Shown here: positions 57,692 through 64,000 of the stretch, piece by piece
How positions within the stretch are numbered: the first letter of the stretch is position 1
How the letters are laid out: every line of letters begins with the position of its first letter
DNA from: Nitrospirota bacterium
GTDB lineage: Bacteria; Nitrospirota; UBA9217
Assembly: GCA_035623825.1 (NCBI GenBank)
Contig: DASPSR010000020.1
Location: forward strand, 64,001-128,000
Direction: 5' to 3'
DNA length: 64,000 nt
The notes under the pieces: generated by a model
What the model was told of the DNA's origin: nothing
The model's database searches: none
Seen by the model: the letters and a program-made list of their open reading frames with translations, nothing else
Position numbers and translations under genes: made by a program

Positions 57692-58357
57692 TCATTGCTT
57701 TTTCCAGGCGTTTATTGCTCTGGAGACCAGTTCTTTGGAGTTTCCGAAGATCTCTCCGATCCTTTCTTCGCTCAAACCTGCACCAAGCAGGATGTTGTGA
57801 GCTTGTTCATCGGTGATCAGGTCGCCGGGCTCGTGCGTGTCGGTGTCGATCACCAGTTTCGCCCCCGCTACGGCGGCTATTTTCGCAACGTGGCCGTTCG
57901 AGAGGCTGTGTCCTTTACGCGAGGTTATTTCCAGACAAACGTTGTTCTTCGCCGCCAGTTCAGCTTCGGCTTTTGATATCAGGCCGGGATGAGCGAGGAT
58001 GTCCACGCGCGCTTCGATCGCAGCCCGGTTCGTCCCGGGATGAACGGGCTCCACAAGCGTCTCCCCGTGCGCAACGACAATGGCCGCCCCAAGGGAGCGC
58101 GCTCGCTCCGTGAGATCGGCAAATGTTTCAGGGGGGATGTGCGTGAGCTCGATTCCGGGCAGCGCTGTGATCTTCCACCGGCGGTTGAGCTCCTTGCACG
58201 TGGCGCGCACCCGGGGGATGGTAAAATCCAGATTCGAGGCATCGGCGTGGTCCGTGATGGCGATCGCCTCGTAACCTTTCATTATCGCTCGTCGCACGAG
58301 CTCCGACGGAACAAGCACGCCGTCGCTGAAAAGAGAATGGGTATGAAGATCGATCAT
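57692..58357 (-). CDS. PHP-domain phosphoesterase (histidinol-phosphatase-like)
   Basis: DLHTHS..SDG, ITDH, AHP and DTDTH. Confidence 0.88.
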   Translation of the reverse strand: MIDLHTHSLFSDGVLVPSELVRRAIMKGYEAIAITDHADASNLDFTIPRVRATCKELNRRWKITALPGIELTHIPPETFADLTERARSLGAAIVVAHGETLVEPVHPGTNRAAIEARVDILAHPGLISKAEAELAAKNNVCLEITSRKGHSLSNGHVAKIAAVAGAKLVIDTDTHEPGDLITDEQAHNILLGAGLSEERIGEIFGNSKELVSRAINAWKKQ

Positions 58358-58428
58358 GATATCACCTTCGGTTTAATGGAAATTGAAATGCGGCACATCA
58401 GTGTTCAAATTGATTCTTCCATTCGAGC

Positions 58429-59391
58429 TCATTTTCCCAAATCGCGCAGTGCTCGCAGCTTCTGTCCCTGAAAACTTCCTCTCTCCTCCATGAATGCGTC
58501 GAGATCATTCAGGAATTCGCTGCGGGTTTTGTTCCACACCGGCGCGATGAGGATATCCTCCGGGGCGGCGGCGAACAGCCGCTGGATCACGATGCGAGAC
58601 GAGAGCCGCTCCAAAAAATCAGCGAGCATCTCGATGTATTCGTAATATCCGAAGGTGCGGAACGGCAGAGACGCATAGAGGTCGGCCAACGCCGTGTTCT
58701 TAACGACTTGGAGTTGGTGGATCTTGAGGAATTCTATGGGCAAGGTCGAGATCTCGTCGGCCATGGCGAGCATATCGTCCCTGGTCTCGGTCGGAAATCC
58801 GAGGATGATGTGCGCACCGATCTTGATGCCCCTGCCGATCGTAAGGGCCACAGCGTCCTTGAAGCACGCATAGTCATGCCCCCTGTTAATGAACGCAAGA
58901 GTTCGGTCGTGAATTGACTGGAGACCGTATTCCACGAGAATGAAGTAATCCCGCGCCAGAGACCCAAGGAGCTCGAGCTTTCCCTCGTCCACACAATCCG
59001 GCCTCGTTCCGATGGCGAGCCCGATCACACCGGGGTTATCGAGCGCCTCGCGGTAGAGCCGTTCGAGTGTTTCGACCGGCGCATAGGTATTCGTGTAAGG
59101 CTGGAAATAGACGAGGAACTTTTCCGCGCCGTAGCGGGAACGAAGGTAGGGAATGCCCTTCTCGATCTGCTCGCGCAGCGACGTCGCGCTTGTGCACGCC
59201 GTCGGCCTGAAGCTTTCGTTATTGCAGTAAATACAGCCGCCGGCCGCCACCGTGCCGTCACGATTGGGGCAGGTAAACCCCGCGTCGACGTTCACCTTGT
59301 AGACCGGCGCGTGGTACCGATCCTTCATGTACTGCCCGAAGGCATAATAGCGCCTCGCCGCCTGTCTTATCGGTATTTCCGAAGTTTTCAT
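58429..59391 (-). CDS. TIGR01212/YhcC family radical SAM protein
   Basis: GFTCPNRDGT..GGCIYC, YFQ.YTNTY, IGTRPDC and EYGLQS. Confidence 0.9.
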   Translation of the reverse strand: MKTSEIPIRQAARRYYAFGQYMKDRYHAPVYKVNVDAGFTCPNRDGTVAAGGCIYCNNESFRPTACTSATSLREQIEKGIPYLRSRYGAEKFLVYFQPYTNTYAPVETLERLYREALDNPGVIGLAIGTRPDCVDEGKLELLGSLARDYFILVEYGLQSIHDRTLAFINRGHDYACFKDAVALTIGRGIKIGAHIILGFPTETRDDMLAMADEISTLPIEFLKIHQLQVVKNTALADLYASLPFRTFGYYEYIEMLADFLERLSSRIVIQRLFAAAPEDILIAPVWNKTRSEFLNDLDAFMEERGSFQGQKLRALRDLGK

Positions 59392-59594
59392 GATTGTGTG
59401 TTTCCTGTTCAATCCAAATTATCGGAACTGTTGCTGTAATATACCAGAGGAAAGAGAAAAAATCCAGAAGTGAATTTATAAGGTGACTGCCGGGGGCCAT
59501 GTCAGATGGACCCGGCCGTACTGAAATTTCTCACGTATCCGCGCATTTTTCTCCTGCTTCGATGGCGATCGATGATCCTCCCATCAAGCGGATG

Positions 59595-59996
59595 TCATGC
59601 GATGCCCAATGGCGTCACCGCAGCATCGATGAAATCCTCCGCCTCGGCCATGAGCGCTTCTACCTCCGCTCTCACAATCATCCTCTGTCCACCCGGTGAA
59701 CATTTCGGCTTCAGGTCAAATGCCCTGCGCAGGGCGTCCAGGAAACGTCTCTCGAAAAGGCCTTTCTCTACGAATTCCTTTTCGAAGAGCGAAATTGATA
59801 CATTCTGCATCGAAGCCGAAATGCCCCTGGCGCGCAGCAGAGCGAGCACCGGATAGTAGTAGGCATAGTACAAAGTGTTTATCACATAGTGAAGGTCAGC
59901 ACCGGCAGCGAGAAGGCTCTTAGCCTCTTCATATGCATCTCTCGCCTGCGCCAGCTTGAAACGCATGTATTCTTTGTCCGCATCTTTTATTTCCAT
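59595..59996 (-). CDS. HEPN domain protein (degenerate)
   Basis: A..AYEEA..L, INTLYYAYYY..LALL and ISLFEKEFV..G. Confidence 0.7.
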   Translation of the reverse strand: MEIKDADKEYMRFKLAQARDAYEEAKSLLAAGADLHYVINTLYYAYYYPVLALLRARGISASMQNVSISLFEKEFVEKGLFERRFLDALRRAFDLKPKCSPGGQRMIVRAEVEALMAEAEDFIDAAVTPLGIA

Positions 59997-60051
59997 AAAG
60001 GCCCGGTCTCATACCTCATATGTTTCGGTCCTGTGTCCGATGCTCAATCCC

Positions 60052-60510
60052 CTACCTTGTCCAGACCGCCGTCCTGCCGATAATCGATATGCCGATGAAG
60101 CCCCTGAGGTTCAACTGGCCAGGAGACACAAGCGTCATCTTTCCGCTGTACGTTTTCCCGTTTTTCGGATCATACACTTTGCCGCCTTTCCACAATCTGT
60201 CTCCCGTGTAAGCGAAATCATGCATGATCCGGAGTCCCATGACCGGCCTGGCTCTCTGCGTCGGATCCGGGTTGTTGCGGTCGAGCCTCGGCGCGCCAGG
60301 CGGCCCTTCGTTTGAACCCTCGAGGTAGTTCGGCTCCTTGAGCCAGACGATTTTGCCGCAGTACTTTTCTCCGCACTTGAAAATCTCTATTTTGGCGTCT
60401 TTCTCCTCATTGTTCCACACGCCCAGGATGTCGTCCGCCCCCGCGGCGTAAACGAATGTGGCGACCAATGGGAGCGCACCGCCAGTTAGCATGGCCATGA
60501 CGGTTCTCAT
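60052..60510 (-). CDS. DUF2147 exported protein
   Basis: GVW, CGKIVW, D..NPD, GKVYDP..GKTY and LRGFIG..GRT..W. Confidence 0.88.
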   Translation of the reverse strand: MRTVMAMLTGGALPLVATFVYAAGADDILGVWNNEEKDAKIEIFKCGEKYCGKIVWLKEPNYLEGSNEGPPGAPRLDRNNPDPTQRARPVMGLRIMHDFAYTGDRLWKGGKVYDPKNGKTYSGKMTLVSPGQLNLRGFIGISIIGRTAVWTR

Positions 60511-60808
60511 GGCCCCCCTACCGATCATTATTGCGATTGCCTTGTAAAAAGACATGTCCCCTTCTCAAACCCATTCTTTATGTGGAAACGGGAATCCTCT
60601 TCGCTGTGCGACGCCGATTTCGGCTCAATCCTATTACAGCCGGTTTGTTGTCAGCATCAACCACAGCACGTAACAAAACCGTGTTGTCGCCTTGACCTCA
60701 ATACGATTCTTCCACGACCATTTCTTCTGGCAGCAATCGCTAAAAATTATCAAGACCGCGTCAATATCCGCTTCCGTGATTCCCCATGACCGTGCTCATA
60801 GTCAACCG

Positions 60809-61651
60809 CTATCTCCCCGTTAATGACCTCACAACCTTCATATTCCTCGGGTCGTCCTCCTCCGTCTCCTTCGGTGTTTCCATGATCTTGGGAATGTCTT
60901 TGAATATCGGGTGATTGAGCAGTATTTTGAAGCCGTCAAGACCGATTTTGCCTTCGCCGATATGCCAATGGCGGTCGACATGGGAATTGAAATCTTTCAA
61001 GCAATCGTTCAAATGCATGCCCTTAAGCCGCTTGAGGCCCACGGTAGACGCTATCTTCTCGGCAAGTGCATCTATCCCTTTTTGAGAACGGATATCGTAG
61101 CCGGCGGCAAAACCGTGGCATGTATCATAGCAAATGCCGAACCGTGAGGAGTCAGTGAGACGGGAAATGACCTCCTGTACCTGTTCAAGAGTGTACCCGA
61201 CGTCTCCTGACTCGCCCGCGGTGTTCTCGAGCAGCGTCGTTGCCCTGGGAGGATGAAGCCTCATTGCCATGTTCAAGGCGCTCGATACGCGTTCGATCAT
61301 CCAGTCCTCGCTGCGGCTGCTCGCGGAGCCAAGATGGGTGACGAGATATTCCGCGCCGAGCGCTTCTGTGCGTTCGAGATCAATCACAAACTGTTCTACG
61401 GACTTTTCGTACAGGTCGGGACGAGGCGACGCAAGATTGATAAGATAGTTTGTATGCACGAAGACAGGGCCGATGTCCCATTGCTCGCGAAGTCTTCTGA
61501 ACTCGGCAATATCGCTTTTATCAAGCGGTTTCACCGTCCACCCGCGGGGGTTCCTGCTGAAGATCTGCATGCAGGTGCAGCCGAGTTCGAAGGCACGCCG
61601 GACCGCGAGGGAAAAGCCGCCGGAAATGGAGACGTGAAAGCCGATTCGCAT
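60809..61651 (-). CDS. nfo: Endonuclease IV
   Basis: GFHVS, H..YLINLAS, LENTAG, DTCH, HLND, DRH and ETP. Confidence 0.93.
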   Translation of the reverse strand: MRIGFHVSISGGFSLAVRRAFELGCTCMQIFSRNPRGWTVKPLDKSDIAEFRRLREQWDIGPVFVHTNYLINLASPRPDLYEKSVEQFVIDLERTEALGAEYLVTHLGSASSRSEDWMIERVSSALNMAMRLHPPRATTLLENTAGESGDVGYTLEQVQEVISRLTDSSRFGICYDTCHGFAAGYDIRSQKGIDALAEKIASTVGLKRLKGMHLNDCLKDFNSHVDRHWHIGEGKIGLDGFKILLNHPIFKDIPKIMETPKETEEDDPRNMKVVRSLTGR

Positions 61652-61744
61652 AGAGCCCTTGTTACGGTAAAAGTCGCAGACGGCCCGGAGGGCAGCCTTT
61701 TTTACCGCGAATGAATGCGGGCTGTGAACTAGAAAGGCGGCCGA

Positions 61745-63808
<2,064 letters not shown>

Positions 63809-63844
63809 CTATATAAACCTCTCGTGCACCGCTCACCGCAAACC

Positions 63845-64000
63845 CTACTCCCCGCTCTTCTCCTCCAGCTGATAATCCTTTATTTTCGTCAGGAGCGTCT
63901 TGTAGCTTACCTGGAGTATTTCGGCGGCCCGCGTCTTGTTTCCGCCGGTTTGTTTGAGGACCTGCCGTATCCTGCGAGACTCCGCAATACGCGTCGCCGC
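63845..64000 (-). CDS. C-terminus of a sigma54-dependent (Fis-HTH) regulator (partial)
   Basis: AESRRIRQVLKQTGGNKTRAAEILQVSYKTLLTKIKDY; stop TAG at 63845. Confidence 0.85.
   Translation of the reverse strand, partial: AATRIAESRRIRQVLKQTGGNKTRAAEILQVSYKTLLTKIKDYQLEEKSGE

Overview
Bacterial chromosomal window, probably from an anaerobic or microaerophilic Gram-negative organism (Nitrospirota/Desulfobacterota-like gene content; this is an inference). From left to right: (1) an LPS/O-antigen cluster on the minus strand (1-13.8 kb), whose distal part is visibly AT-richer; (2) obgE-rpmA-rplU and prmA; (3) a roughly 26-kb redox/respiration island (17-43 kb). The island holds a porin-multiheme-cytochrome cluster, a Cyc2-like-heme/CopD-like/cytochrome b5 fusion, norCB, a selenocysteine peroxiredoxin that the ORF track splits at an in-frame TGA, an Rrf2 regulator, and a cbb3 oxidase operon with a heme-less CcoP stub. 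It also holds a minus-strand run of rubredoxin, DUF488, an 802-aa heptaheme cytochrome, a truncated norC, a globin-membrane fusion, a CBS protein and an HPP protein. (4) An RtcB-archease-AmmeMemoRadiSAM-thioredoxin block follows, then (5) housekeeping genes (ppx, rqcH, queE, mltD, YhcC, nfo, ligA). The strongest non-coding signal is a TATGA(C/T)-N4-ATCATA palindrome found four times, each exactly 21 nt before a -10-like hexamer, which outlines a Crp/Fnr-type regulon. I saw no tRNA, rRNA, CRISPR array or transposase. All calls come from motif recognition by eye; no database searches were run.
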